64,000 nucleotides of DNA from Candidatus Bathyarchaeota archaeon (GCA_963714275.1 CAVQNT010000002.1:576001-640000), one strand, 5' to 3'. Shown: positions 1-10,292, counted from the stretch's first letter. The notes: generated by a model not told the origin, from the sequence alone. Numbers and translations are program-made.

Positions 1-77
1 CCAAAACATTTGAAACCTCTCGTTCTGATTAACAGCAAAGGATTTGGATTTTACATTTATATTCATTATGGACTAAC

Positions 78-278
78 TCATTTAGATTTGTGATTCATGT
101 AGCTAGCTGTCGAATGTTCTGTTTTCTTTCTTTTGTTTTGTTCTAATGCTCGCCAGCCAAGAAACAGTGACGAGAAGATTAGGAAGGCTACATCGCAGAC
201 ATTAGGCCATCCTGGAAACTGTACCCAAATGTTGAAGAAAGTCGTGAATTTCAAGGCTATGCCTACTGTTCCTGACAC
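78..278 (-). CDS. Small two-TM membrane protein; may start near 333 with an in-frame TGA or a sequencing error
   Basis: Two hydrophobic segments and a basic tail; packed head-to-tail with its neighbours. Confidence 0.45.
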   Translation of the reverse strand: MSGTVGIALKFTTFFNIWVQFPGWPNVCDVAFLIFSSLFLGWRALEQNKRKKTEHSTASYMNHKSK

Positions 279-334
279 GCAAGAAATTATTATGCAGTCT
301 TCCAGTAATTCTCACAGAGACTTATGAGTTATCA

Positions 335-547
335 TCATTTCTTTTTAGTTTCCCTTTTTGCCTTCGTGACTGTAACTAGGATTTCGTCTCCAGGCTTCAA
401 CTCATAAAACTTGATGAAAGAGGGATCTAGGCGTATGTAATAGCTGTTTCCTCGGGCAATGATTGGAGAGGGGAAGCAGCCTTGAACCTCCTCAATTTGA
501 ACCTCTATCCTGCTAATCTCCGTGATTTGCCCTTTTTTCCGCATCAA
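335..547 (-). CDS. AbrB/MazE-like swapped-hairpin DNA-binding protein
   Basis: RGNSYYIRLDP...YELKPGDEILVTV matches the AbrB/SpoVT pattern. Confidence 0.7.
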   Translation of the reverse strand: MMRKKGQITEISRIEVQIEEVQGCFPSPIIARGNSYYIRLDPSFIKFYELKPGDEILVTVTKAKRETKKK

Positions 548-755
548 TAGTTTTCACTTCTACGATTTCCAGATTTACTCGATCTGAAGCCCTTGGATAC
601 GATTCCATAACAAGAAGACACCTTTCTGTGAACAGTTCAAACGACCATTTTCAAATCCTTTTTTCAAGCTATTTTTGACGACAGAAAAGTTCAATTTCGT
701 ACCCTCCCAAAACATGACCTCAGACACCTACCCTCTTCGAGACAAAATATGCCGG

Positions 756-896
756 TCACCATTGATGTCTGCTCCTGCTGATTCTTTCCCAACATTTTCG
801 ACAGATAGGAAGCCTTTTCCCCTTATGTTCAATGTCGACAGCGATGTCAGTGTTGCTGCAGCCTGGCTTCCAAGGGTTACTGCATTTCTGAGACAT
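756..896 (-). CDS. 46-aa putative zinc-finger protein (MSQKCSNPWKPGCSNTDIAVDIEHKGKRLPICRKCWERISRSRHQW)
   Basis: Hand-translated ATG..TGA frame below the ORF-track cutoff; C-x7-C...CxxC; GAGGG RBS-like sequence upstream. Confidence 0.65.
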   Translation of the reverse strand: MSQKCSNPWKPGCSNTDIAVDIEHKGKRLPICRKCWERISRSRHQW

Positions 897-908
897 TATA
901 GACCCTCA

Positions 909-1312
909 TTAAAGGAATTCTATAACGTTGGGGGTTACCCATTTGATCACCTTGTATTTTTCGAAAAGTTTCATCCATTTCTTGACTGTTCGCTCGTCCC
1001 CCGAATGGAATTTAGAGCTATAATTATTTGGGTTTTTGGAACTTTGTAAATTTGCTCGTAGCCGAAGGTCTCCTGAAGATACTTTTTTACCTCCTCTTTC
1101 ACAACAAAAACATTTGGGACCGGATTTGGTGGTTTATGCATAAGCTCGGTTTGTGTGCTCTTGTGTGTGCTGATCCAAGCCTGAAGCGCCTGAGACACCT
1201 CAAAACTTAGCAACCCCTTACTTACTTTACCATATTGTTGAGCAACAAACTCCCTGAATTTATTGTCCAAAGGGGGGTCAAGCCATATTCCAAGCCTAAC
1301 TTTTTTAGTCAA
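909..1312 (-). CDS. Ribbon-helix-helix plus winged-helix-like DNA-binding protein (frameshift near 995-1002)
   Basis: N-terminus VRLGIWLDPPLDNKFREFV...VSQALQAWI is RHH-like. After a shift in a G run the frame continues DERTVKKWMKLFEKYKVIKWVTPNVIEFL-stop. Confidence 0.6.
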
Positions 1313-1423
1313 AAGAAAGATCTCCGAGAATGTTTTACCGTATCAGAAATGCAAGGAATGGACACTTGTATCCAATACTGGATACTTATCACCAATCTTT
1401 GCATAGTATGTATAGTATACAGC

Positions 1424-1532
1424 GCACAAGGAACAGTTCCAAACCGAAAGAAGACTAAAACAGGCTTCTTTTCCCCTTTTTTCCCAACCTTAATAACATC
1501 TGCACACACACGCATGCACAAGGAACGGTTCC
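1424..1532. repeat. Two copies of GCACAAGGAAC(A/G)GTTCC (1424-1440, 1516-1532), each containing the palindrome GGAAC-N-GTTCC
   Basis: Direct reading; 16 of 17 bases identical. Confidence 0.7.
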
Positions 1533-1666
1533 ATGCCTTGTGCCGCCAAAGAAGACAAATCATCTTATATGAAGCCTTCGTTACTTTAATGAAAGACATT
1601 TTGATGAAGACTAAAACAAAAAAAGAGGGGGATTTTGCGGGAGACGTCTCCATGTTGACTGAGGTC

Positions 1667-1685
1667 CAAATCCCAGCAGCCCCAC
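1667..1685 (+). other. att-like duplicate of a tRNA 3' end (CAAATCCCAGCAGCCCCAC)
   Basis: Reads as T-loop, T-stem and acceptor 3' strand of an archaeal tRNA (Val-like), with no intact 5' half. Confidence 0.55.
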
Positions 1686-1794
1686 ATATAGAACTCAGCT
1701 GTTTCTTAAAGTGTGGTGAGACTTTTGTCGAAGTCTGTGTCTATCGTTTTCCACAAATATTAAAGGAATGCTGAACAATCTATGGCGAAGTTAA

Positions 1795-2346
1795 ATGGTC
1801 ATTATTCGTAAAGCAACTAAACACGGTATTCAAGCCTTAAGCAGAAAGCTCCTGAGTTCACTTGAGGATAAAACTAGCCAGGTGTATCAGGATAATGTTG
1901 CCAAGTTTGGCATTCCCTATGAATATGTGAGAGAATCTTTTTCCAAAAAAGCATTATTGGAAGCAGCTGCTTCTGACAAATCATGTTTTTATCTTGCTTT
2001 AGAAAATGAAATTAAAATCGTCGGTTTTGCTCAAACATTGCAACATGGTGCAGACACGGTGGAGCTGGACCGTATTGTCGTATTTCCAGATTATACGAGA
2101 ATAGGTATCGGCACTCAAATTCTGAACAGAGTCATCAAGGACGCGAGACTGAAGAAGGCTGACGCTATAATTGCCAATGCTGGAATAGATGAAGATCATG
2201 CCAGACGGTTCTATGAAAAGAACGGTTTCAACGTTGTAAAAGAGGAGACGATTGAGTATCCTTGGGGTGGCAGATTAACGCTTGTCACTTACAGACTTCA
2301 AATCGAACACAAACGGAAGCCAAAAACCAGCAAGAAATCTGCATAA
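1795..2346 (+). CDS. GNAT family N-acetyltransferase
   Basis: VFPDYTRIGIGTQIL acetyl-CoA motif; ARRFYEKNGF. Confidence 0.9.
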   Translation: MVIIRKATKHGIQALSRKLLSSLEDKTSQVYQDNVAKFGIPYEYVRESFSKKALLEAAASDKSCFYLALENEIKIVGFAQTLQHGADTVELDRIVVFPDYTRIGIGTQILNRVIKDARLKKADAIIANAGIDEDHARRFYEKNGFNVVKEETIEYPWGGRLTLVTYRLQIEHKRKPKTSKKSA

Positions 2347-2442
2347 ACAACTATATAGAAAAATAAGAGTTGCATAAGTGACAAAACATGCTGTCGGTAC
2401 TTGGGAAATGGAAAATGCTCAGAATACTATATGTTGTTCTCC

Positions 2443-2991
2443 TTAGTCAGAAATGCGTTTTGACAAGACAACGCAGCTGGGGAATTTTTCCGAGATTTCG
2501 GCTTTCCACTTCTTTATGAGTTGTTGTTGACTGGCCTTGTCTTTTTCTGTTTTAGCCGTCATGCCTACTTTAAGAGCGCCAGTGCGAACATTGTGCAGTG
2601 CTTCACGGTTTTCGCATTTCATAAATCCTACGCATTCAGTGCAGTCAGCCAGCTTTTTGCTTGTGGCGCAGGCTTTGATTTTGCAGTTTGTGGCGCCTCC
2701 GCCTTTTAGGCATCCCCTGCATATGGGTATGTTTTGTATTGCCTGAAGCGACTTCATGAATTCCTTGCCGTTGAAGCCTTGCTCGTCAGCGCCCCATTTG
2801 TCTATGCCGTAACCCTCGAGAATGAAGGCGTACTTTTTTGAAAGTTCTTTGAGGGTTCCGTTCCCCACGATGCAGCTTCCGCACCAGATTGCGCAATAAC
2901 CGATTTGGTTCTTTACGTTCTCAAAAGCTTCAGCTTCCACTTCAACCGACTCCAGACAATTGAACCACTTTGGTCTTCTTTTTATCTGCAA
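2443..2991 (-). CDS. DUF3795-like Cys-rich protein (true start probably further downstream)
   Basis: GYCAIWCGSC, CRGC..GG...CKIKAC and CTEC cysteine pattern. Confidence 0.8.
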   Translation of the reverse strand: MQIKRRPKWFNCLESVEVEAEAFENVKNQIGYCAIWCGSCIVGNGTLKELSKKYAFILEGYGIDKWGADEQGFNGKEFMKSLQAIQNIPICRGCLKGGGATNCKIKACATSKKLADCTECVGFMKCENREALHNVRTGALKVGMTAKTEKDKASQQQLIKKWKAEISEKFPSCVVLSKRISD

Positions 2992-3063
2992 GGGCTTTTT
3001 TTAAGTTTTTCGCGTTACTCGGTTTGTGGGAATGCTTAACTATAAAGGTGCACATAAAAACGT

Positions 3064-4125
3064 GTGGTGTTCAGGTTGGCGGATTTGATTAGGCTTTTGG
3101 AGTCTCTTTCTAACGCTTTTGGTCCACCAGGCAACGAAGAAGAAGTGCGCACGGTTCTGAAAAAGGAACTTGAGGAATACGCGGATGAGACGCGAGTGGA
3201 CAAACTCGGAAACATCTTCTTCATTCATCATGGCAAAGACAACTCGCCCAAGGTCATGCTCTCATCTCATATGGACGAGGTGGGCTTCATAGTTACATTC
3301 ATGGACAACAACGGGTTTCTCCGCTTCCACACTTTGGGGGGCATAACAAGCAACGTCATGCCTGGACAAACCATTCTTCTGCGAGGAACCAAAGGCGACA
3401 TTAAGGGCTTAGTTGGAACCAAGCCACCACATTTAATGAAGGAGGATGAACGCAACAAAGCTACAGTGATGGATGAATTATTCCTAGACATTGGAGCCTC
3501 AAACCTCGAAGAATCTGAACAAAAAGGAATCGAGATTGGGACCAACGGCATCTTCGACGTCAAGTTTACGGAGCTCGGAGGAGGATTCCTCAAAGGCAAA
3601 GCGCTCGATGACAGAGCAGGCTGCACAGTGCTAGTGGAGGTTTTTAAAGCCCTAAAGAACTCGCCATACAACATCGTCGCTGTAGGAACCGTGCAGGAAG
3701 AAATGGGAATGAGAGGCGCACGGACCGCAGCTTGGCAGGCAGACCCAGACTACGCTTTGGCTTTGGAAGGAACCTTCGCAGCGGACGTTCCCGGCTCCAG
3801 CCCTGAAACGGTGTCGTCCAAGCTCAAAAGCGGACCAGTTGTCACTATACTGGACCAGACAGTGATGACTCACCCGACTGTCCTCAAAACCCTCATCAAA
3901 ATTGGTAAAGAGAAGTCCATTCCGTTCCAGTTCAAGCAGGTGCCAATGGGCGGAACTGACTCAGGAGTCATCCACCTCACAAAAGCTGGAATCCCAAGCG
4001 GAACGGTCGCTGTTCCATGCAGGTACATTCACGGACCCGCCTCGGTGACCCATGTTGACGATGTAAAGAACACAGTTAAACTGGTCACGGAGTTCGTTAA
4101 AGCCATCTCAGAAAAGAGTCCCTAA
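3064..4125 (+). CDS. M42 family (TET-like) aminopeptidase
   Basis: SHMDEVG, KALDDRAG, VQEEMG, GGTDSG and RYIH motifs. Confidence 0.95.
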   Translation: MVFRLADLIRLLESLSNAFGPPGNEEEVRTVLKKELEEYADETRVDKLGNIFFIHHGKDNSPKVMLSSHMDEVGFIVTFMDNNGFLRFHTLGGITSNVMPGQTILLRGTKGDIKGLVGTKPPHLMKEDERNKATVMDELFLDIGASNLEESEQKGIEIGTNGIFDVKFTELGGGFLKGKALDDRAGCTVLVEVFKALKNSPYNIVAVGTVQEEMGMRGARTAAWQADPDYALALEGTFAADVPGSSPETVSSKLKSGPVVTILDQTVMTHPTVLKTLIKIGKEKSIPFQFKQVPMGGTDSGVIHLTKAGIPSGTVAVPCRYIHGPASVTHVDDVKNTVKLVTEFVKAISEKSP

Positions 4126-4186
4126 GCACAAAAAAGAAGGCAGGTTTAATAAGCAAAATTCGTGTTTTTTTCCTTGAGGGATACTT

Positions 4187-5230
4187 TTACCTTACTGTAA
4201 GAATTGCGGAGCCAAACTGGAAGAGACAGCGAAGTTTTGTCCTTCATGCGGAACCTCTGTTGCTGGGTACATAGCTGAAGGAAGAGTCATTGAAAAGAGG
4301 AGACCCATAAACTTTTTTGGCTTTTTCTTGATTGCAGTCATCTTGGCAGCTGTGTTGTACGGATTTCTTTCATTCCTGCCTATTCGCCCCGTTGATGTGC
4401 ACGAGAACCGTAATGTTCCGTTTCAGATTGGAGTCCAAGCGGTTGTGATCGACCTTACTGTTGATGTGGGCAGCGTAAACATCACCTTCAGTGACCTTGC
4501 CAATGACGCGGTGAGATTTAGTTTATCGGTGTCTGGGTATGGAAACCTCCTCTCGAATCAACCGTACACGTTAACGTTTGATCAGGCGACGAATGGCAAT
4601 GTTCTAACAGTCACCTCCGAAGTTGAAACCTCAATTTTTCATGGCTGGTGGAACCTAAACTTTCTTGAGACGGAGTGCGATCTTGTCATTGACCAGTCTT
4701 TGAATGCCAGCATCACTGTCAGGACGGGCACAGGCGGGATTAGTTTTGAGACCAGAAGTGGCGTAGTCCTGAATTCTGTTAGGCTTGAGACAGCAACAGG
4801 AGCGATAGGAGCAATATTCGCTGAAAACACAATCGTCACAAGAGACAGCATAATCAGGACAGCAACAGGAGCCCAAAGCCTATCTTGGCAGAACGTGATC
4901 GCGGAAAGAGACATTACGGTTGGCATCGGAAGCGTAACAGGTGCTGTCTCTATCGACATAAAGCAGGACGAAAGGCTTCGTAACAGAGTCGAACTGAGAG
5001 TCGAAGTAACAACGGGTGCCATTAACCTTGCTTTGGACCTAAGCGGAGACATAGCTAGCGAGGTAACCTCAAGCACAACCACAGGCTCAATAAACGTTCA
5101 AGGAAGCAATGGTTTCTCTGGTTCATCGACGCAGCTGCAGTCAAACAACTACCCATCGGATAGCCAATTCGACATAACACTTCAAACTACAACAGGCGGA
5201 ATCAACATAGACGCCAGTTTTTCTCCATGA
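4187..5230 (+). CDS. Zinc-ribbon + TM + DUF4097/adhesin-like beta-repeat protein
   Basis: The 4328 ORF extends in frame upstream to PYCKNCGAKLEETAKFCPSCG; TM helix; repeated T-x-TG-x-I motifs. The start codon is unclear (TTA). Confidence 0.8.
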   Translation, partial: LPYCKNCGAKLEETAKFCPSCGTSVAGYIAEGRVIEKRRPINFFGFFLIAVILAAVLYGFLSFLPIRPVDVHENRNVPFQIGVQAVVIDLTVDVGSVNITFSDLANDAVRFSLSVSGYGNLLSNQPYTLTFDQATNGNVLTVTSEVETSIFHGWWNLNFLETECDLVIDQSLNASITVRTGTGGISFETRSGVVLNSVRLETATGAIGAIFAENTIVTRDSIIRTATGAQSLSWQNVIAERDITVGIGSVTGAVSIDIKQDERLRNRVELRVEVTTGAINLALDLSGDIASEVTSSTTTGSINVQGSNGFSGSSTQLQSNNYPSDSQFDITLQTTTGGINIDASFSP

Positions 5231-5263
5231 TTCCAACTCTACATGGTCATCAACCAGAACAAT

Positions 5264-5430
5264 TGCGCCCCAAAATAACAGAACAAATGCGCCGTAAAAC
5301 AGGATAGGTCTACGAAGGCATTATTTGTTATGCAAAATTGAAAATCGGATGTTACACAAATTAGACTGGTCTTAGGCAATGCTGTGTGTTGTTCAAAATG
5401 CCTTTTCAGTTGTTGAACAAATCAGATTAG
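5264..5430 (+). repeat. Six-box dispersed element, copy A (boxes at 5264, 5288, 5326, 5350, 5387, 5411)
   Basis: TGCGCCCCAAAA / TGCGCCGTAAAA / TGTTATGCAAAA / TGTTACACAAAT / TGTTGTTCAAAA / TGTTGAACAAAT; spacings 24, 38, 24, 37, 24. Confidence 0.9.
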
Positions 5431-5534
5431 CCAGAAGAGACATTAATTTATTTTAAAAAAAAATTTGGGCATCAAAAAAGGCTTACACCAGTTTTATATA
5501 GTTTTTTCGTAACAGTCGTTATGAGGCATCCACA

Positions 5535-6240
5535 TTGAACCCGCTGCCAGTTAACAGAGATATGGAGGACCACTTCTTCACGTTGTATAAGCTAGCCGAG
5601 ATGGGTGCCCGAGACAGAAAAATAAAAACCTCAACAAAGTTCCTAGCCGAAAAAATGGGACTTTCGCAGCAGACCGTTTCACGCAGAGCTCATCGAACTC
5701 GAAAGGAAAGGTTTGATACAACGAACAGCCACGCGAGACGGCAGCCTAATCAGCATATCAGAGCTCGGAGAAGCTCAGCTGAAAAAGGTGCGTTCAGGAC
5801 TCAACACGGTCTTCGAGGAAAAAAACCCCGTTTCAGTCACGGTTGAAGGCACAGTCTTTAGCGGAATAGGAGAAGGCGCATACTACGTGACCCGCCCGCA
5901 TTACAGAAAACAGTTTGTGCAGAAGCTCGGGTTCGACCCTTACCCAGGAACCCTCAACATAAAAATCACCAGCGAATACGATGCTAAGATGCGAAGCGAA
6001 CTCGATACATATCCCGGCATAGAAATTTCAGGATACACGAACGAGGACAGAACGTACGGTTCAGGAAAATGTTTCAAAGCCATTATAAACAACAGGGAAA
6101 AAGGCGCCGTGGTTCTTGTGCTGAGAACCCATTACGACAGCTCAGTCATCGAAATCATCGCCCCCACATGCTTACGTGACCGCTTGAAACTGAAAGACGG
6201 GCACAAGGTCAAACTGGAAGTCTTTATCGCTGAATCCTGA
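5535..6240 (+). CDS. ribK: CTP-dependent riboflavin kinase with N-terminal HTH (RbkR type); frameshift near 5690
   Basis: LAEKMGLSQQTVSR HTH; SGIGEGAYY, FDPYPGTLN and RTHY motifs. Confidence 0.92.
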
Positions 6241-6252
6241 ACAGTCAACAAT

Positions 6253-6486
6253 CTACTGTTTCTTTGTCAACTGTACAAGCCGTTTGTCCTTCGCCAACGA
6301 GGAGACAGAGATTAAACCCGTGACCTCCATCTGCATCAAGGTTTTATTGAGATCGTCAAGACCTATTTCCCTGTAAAAAGCCCTCAACACATCGAACAGC
6401 TCACCGTCTGTTATGGATCCTTTTTCCCGAAGAACCTCGATGACCGTCGCATAAATAGGCTGCAGCTTCCACGTGTTTCCAGACAT
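6253..6486 (-). CDS. Small winged-helix protein downstream of CDC48
   Basis: DLNKTLMQMEVTGLISV wHTH pattern. Confidence 0.75.
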   Translation of the reverse strand: MSGNTWKLQPIYATVIEVLREKGSITDGELFDVLRAFYREIGLDDLNKTLMQMEVTGLISVSSLAKDKRLVQLTKKQ

Positions 6487-6508
6487 TACTTAAATATCCT
6501 CCATAAAT

Positions 6509-8693
6509 CTAAGCGACAAGAGGCACTGGCTTCTGAACCTTCCTGACCTGCTTCACGAAGCCCTTGTACCAATTTTCCATGTCAGACGAGATGCTTGGCC
6601 CAATCCTCTTGAGCGCCTCCTGAAAATCAGCATTCGCCACTTCCTTGGCATTCATGTCTTTGCGAAGAGCGTACAGAGCTGCCTCTCTGCATAACGATTG
6701 AATGTCAGCGCCCGAATAACCCTTAGTTAACTGAGCCAGTTCCTGAAGATTCACGTCCTTCACAAGAGGCATACTGTTCGTGTGAATCTTAAGAATCTTC
6801 AGCCTACCCTCCTCGCCGGGTTCAGGAACATAAATCAGCCGATCAAACCTGCCTGGTCTCAAAACTGCTGGATCAACCATGTCAGGTCGGTTAGTAGCAG
6901 TAATTACCACAACATCTTGTAAGGCTGTGATTCCGTCAATCTCCGTAAGAAGCTGACTAATTACACGGTCAGTCACACCACTATCGCCATATCCTGAGCC
7001 TCTTCTAGGCACCAAAGAATCAATTTCGTCGAAGAAGACTATGGACGGAGCTGACATCCTCGCCTTTCTGAAAACCTCTCGGATAGCCTTCTCGGATTCC
7101 CCAACCCACTTAGAGAAAACTTCTGGACCTTTAATCGCTATGAAGTTCGCCTCGCTTTCTGTCGCCACAGCCCTAGCAAGCAACGTCTTACCACAACCCG
7201 GAGGACCAAACAACAGTATCCCTTTAGGTGGCATAATCCCCATTCTTCCGAAAACTTCCGCGTTTTTTAAAGGCCACTCAACAGATTCCCTTCAGCTCTT
7301 GCTTGACTACGTCTAAGCCTCCGACCTCGTCCCAGTGAACCGTCGGAACCTCAATGGCAACTTCCCTCATCGCAGTAGGCGTAATCTCCCTGAAAGCATT
7401 CATGAAGTCGTCCATCGTGACCTCCATCCTTTCAAGAACGCTTGGCGGAATCCTTTCCTGCTCAAGATCGATTTCAGGCAGATACCTCCGCAGCGCCTTC
7501 ATTCCAGCTTCCCGGCTTAAAGCAGCAACATCTGCACCTGTGTACCCATGTGCCATATCAGCTAATTTCTTGAGGTCGACATCTTCAGCGAGATGCATGC
7601 CCCGCGTGTGAACCTGCGTAACCTCGTAGCGTCCATGTTTGTCAGGTATGCCGATCTCTATTTCACGGTCAAACCTACCGGGTCGTCTCAAGGCAGGATC
7701 AAGAGCGTTCGGACGGTTCGTTGCACCAATAACAATCACGTTTCCTCGGCTTGTCAAACCGTCAAGCAGAGCCAGAAGTTGGGCTACTACCCGCCTTTCA
7801 ACTTCACCAGTAACTTCCTCCCGCTTCGGAGCTAAGGAGTCCAACTCGTCAATAAAGATAATTGCTGGAGCGTTCTTCTCAGCTTGCTGGAAGATTTCGC
7901 GGAGCCTCGCTTCAGACTCTCCGTAGAATTTACTCATTATTTCTGGACCGTTGATCGAGAAAAAGTTCGCTTCAGACTCGTTCGCCACAGCCCTAGCGAG
8001 CAACGTCTTACCACAACCCGGAGGGCCATGCAGCAAAACGCCTTTCGGAGGTTCTATCCCGAGCCTTTGGAAAATCTCGGGGTGACGCATTGGCAGCTCA
8101 ACCATCTCTCTAAGCCTTTGAATTTCGTCTTTTAAACCGCCGATGTCCTCATATGTCGTCCGTGGGACTCCGAGTTTGGCTTCAGGGGCTGGTTCAGTAA
8201 GGATTTGGAGATTCGTATCATATGTCAGCCTGAGGATTCCGTGGGGTCTGGTCTTCATCACGGTGAACTGAACGGGGTGACCCAACATCATGACAAGGGT
8301 TGTGTCTCCTTCGATGAATGTTCTTTCCATAAGCCTGTTCTTAACGAAGTTAGTGAAGTCCTCGTCCACGTTAAGGCGCATGTCGATCGGGGCGAGAACA
8401 ATGCTTAAGGCGTCTTTAACCTCAGCTTTTGTAATCACCACAAACTCGTTGATTGAGATGCCAGCATTTTTCCTTGTGAAACCGTCTATCCTAATTATGT
8501 CTCGACCCTGATCTTCAGAGTACGCTGGCCAAGCAATTGCGGATGTCCTTCGTTTTCCGAGAATTTCGATAACATCGCCAGCTGAAACGTTCAGTTTTTC
8601 CATGGTTTTCTGGTCGATTCTGGCAATTCCTCTGGCAACATCTCTTTGTTTGGCATCTCCGACCCTTAGAGAAATTTCAGCCACGTAAGTCAC
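6509..8693 (-). CDS. cdc48: CDC48/VAT AAA+ ATPase; frameshift near 7290
   Basis: Two GPPGCGKT Walker A motifs, IDELD/FDEID Walker B, RPGRFDR; one extra G joins the two ORFs. Confidence 0.97.
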
Positions 8694-8757
8694 CGTCTAA
8701 TAATATTTAAGCATTCTATACATCAAAGGCAAAAAACCTATATAAACGTAGTGAACA

Positions 8758-9030
8758 TCAGACTCTTCTCACCATCAAGGTTTGAAAGTCGCTTATTTTT
8801 TCCATTTTCTTTAAGCACGATTCAACCTCGTCAATACTTCCTTCCCTGTCTTCGGGCACTAGCACATGGGCTATTATTGCGACAAGCCCATATGCTATAG
8901 GTTCCTCTTCGAACTTGTAGACCGAAGCATATTCTGGAAGAGTTGTCTCAATCTCTTTCTTTATAACCTCGCGGTCGAGGTCGATGTCTGAAGGAAAAAT
9001 CTTAAGCGAAACCAAGACTTTCTTAGCCAA
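8758..9030 (-). CDS. ef1b: Translation elongation factor aEF-1beta
   Basis: VLVSLKIFP...EEPIAYGLVAI pattern; 90 aa. Confidence 0.92.
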   Translation of the reverse strand: MAKKVLVSLKIFPSDIDLDREVIKKEIETTLPEYASVYKFEEEPIAYGLVAIIAHVLVPEDREGSIDEVESCLKKMEKISDFQTLMVRRV

Positions 9031-9140
9031 TGTTTATCCTCCTTTAATGGCTTTAAAGAAACCACACAGCTATTTTAAAATTATGTTCTGAAGCCCAAAT
9101 ACCATTACACGAAGAACACAAAGAGCGAAAGAAGTGTTAA

Positions 9141-10292
9141 TCACCTTTTTGGTTCCACGAACTGTGCACAATAGTTTTTCTGTACTGCTTCCTTCAGAAC
9201 AGTCATTGATTTTTTAGCCAATAACGTTCGAAGAACGCCCTTTTCTCCGTAGACTAGTAATGGTTTGCCACCTTTAAGAAGGGTTTCAAAATTACAGGCA
9301 TTAGGCTTAAAATCTTTTTTATGAGACACGTTCCAAACGGAAAGCTCCTGTTCAGGTGGGTTCTTAAGGTACGAAACAAGCATTGTTCGCGGTTCAAAGC
9401 CAAAGTTATCTGCTATATTCTGCCTTGCGAAAGTCAACGACAACAAGTCGCGAGAAGCAAGCACCAACTCTCTTGGTTTCAATAAATCCATGACCGCAAT
9501 GGCGACGTGACCTTGCCCTGGCTCCAACACAAAAACTGAGCCATAGCCGTTCATGCCTTTCAGAACAGAGAACAAACACTGTGTTCCATAACTTAAAGTA
9601 TCAAACTCTGGCAGGCTATAGGCTGTTTTGACCGTGTAAGTTGTTGTAAGATTAAGCTCCATTTCACGTCTCTCGTACTTGTCAACGGGTGGCAAAACCT
9701 TACCGTTAAAGGCAACGTGGCAGATGCAATATCCCTTCTTATCTTCTCTGTAAAGAACACGTACCATTCTATTGTCAAGAATACTGTCCAATTTTCCAGC
9801 AAGTTCGCGAACCACAACCACAGCGAGAACGCCATTATCAGACAAATGATTTGAAGCGCCATAAACGAATGCTGCCAGTCCTTTAGGAGCCATCTTCGCA
9901 GGAAAGTTAGTGGCAATCAAAGAAAAATTGCCCTCAACCTGTTCATAATCTAGATTTGGATAAACACTGACGTCAAGACGGTTCAGGGCTGCGTTGTGTA
10001 ATGCAAAATCCACAGCTAAAGTATCTCGGTCAACCATGTGCACCTCGCGAGAAGGGTCTTGTGCCTTAAGAAAGAGGCCTATTGGTCCGTAGCCGCAGCC
10101 TAGGTCGAGGGTTCTGGAGTAATTTATTGCCTTGTCTTTTCGGAGGCTATTGAGCAACGCCCTTGTGCCTAGGTCGACGGAGAATGAGCTGAACAACGAT
10201 TCGCATAAGTCGAGACGCAGCGAAACCTTACTGAAATTGAAACTCACTCGTTTCTTAATCAGCGTCTTGAAAGCATCATGCTCAGCCGACAA
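9141..10292 (-). CDS. Class I SAM-dependent methyltransferase (MTS/RsmC-like, two domains)
   Basis: FSSFSVDLGTRALL, LDLGCGYGPIG, ATNFP; degenerate second domain (EPGQGH). Confidence 0.85.
   Translation of the reverse strand: MSAEHDAFKTLIKKRVSFNFSKVSLRLDLCESLFSSFSVDLGTRALLNSLRKDKAINYSRTLDLGCGYGPIGLFLKAQDPSREVHMVDRDTLAVDFALHNAALNRLDVSVYPNLDYEQVEGNFSLIATNFPAKMAPKGLAAFVYGASNHLSDNGVLAVVVVRELAGKLDSILDNRMVRVLYREDKKGYCICHVAFNGKVLPPVDKYERREMELNLTTTYTVKTAYSLPEFDTLSYGTQCLFSVLKGMNGYGSVFVLEPGQGHVAIAVMDLLKPRELVLASRDLLSLTFARQNIADNFGFEPRTMLVSYLKNPPEQELSVWNVSHKKDFKPNACNFETLLKGGKPLLVYGEKGVLRTLLAKKSMTVLKEAVQKNYCAQFVEPKR

Larger units (their letters stand above)
1..1685. mobile_element. Probable right end of an integrated element (provirus or plasmid) inserted at a tRNA 3' end
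   Basis: Run of small co-oriented minus-strand genes (RHH/wHTH, Zn finger, AbrB-like, small membrane protein), bounded by a tRNA-3'-like fragment at 1667-1685. No integrase lies in the window. Confidence 0.55.

Noticed and set aside
1235-1774. ORFs 1235-1774 (+), 1309-1653 (-) and 675-1049 (+)
   Set aside because: No recognisable motifs; they overlap palindromes, the att-like site or better-supported opposite-strand genes.
5264-5430. CRISPR or mini-CRISPR reading of the periodic boxes
   Set aside because: Units differ within a locus but match across loci, spacers are homologous between loci, and there are no cas genes.
7243-7300. cdc48 break (and the ribK, deoA and second cbf5 breaks) as BHB introns or programmed frameshifts
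   Set aside because: Each is repaired by adding or removing single bases; there is no inserted sequence and no BHB motif.
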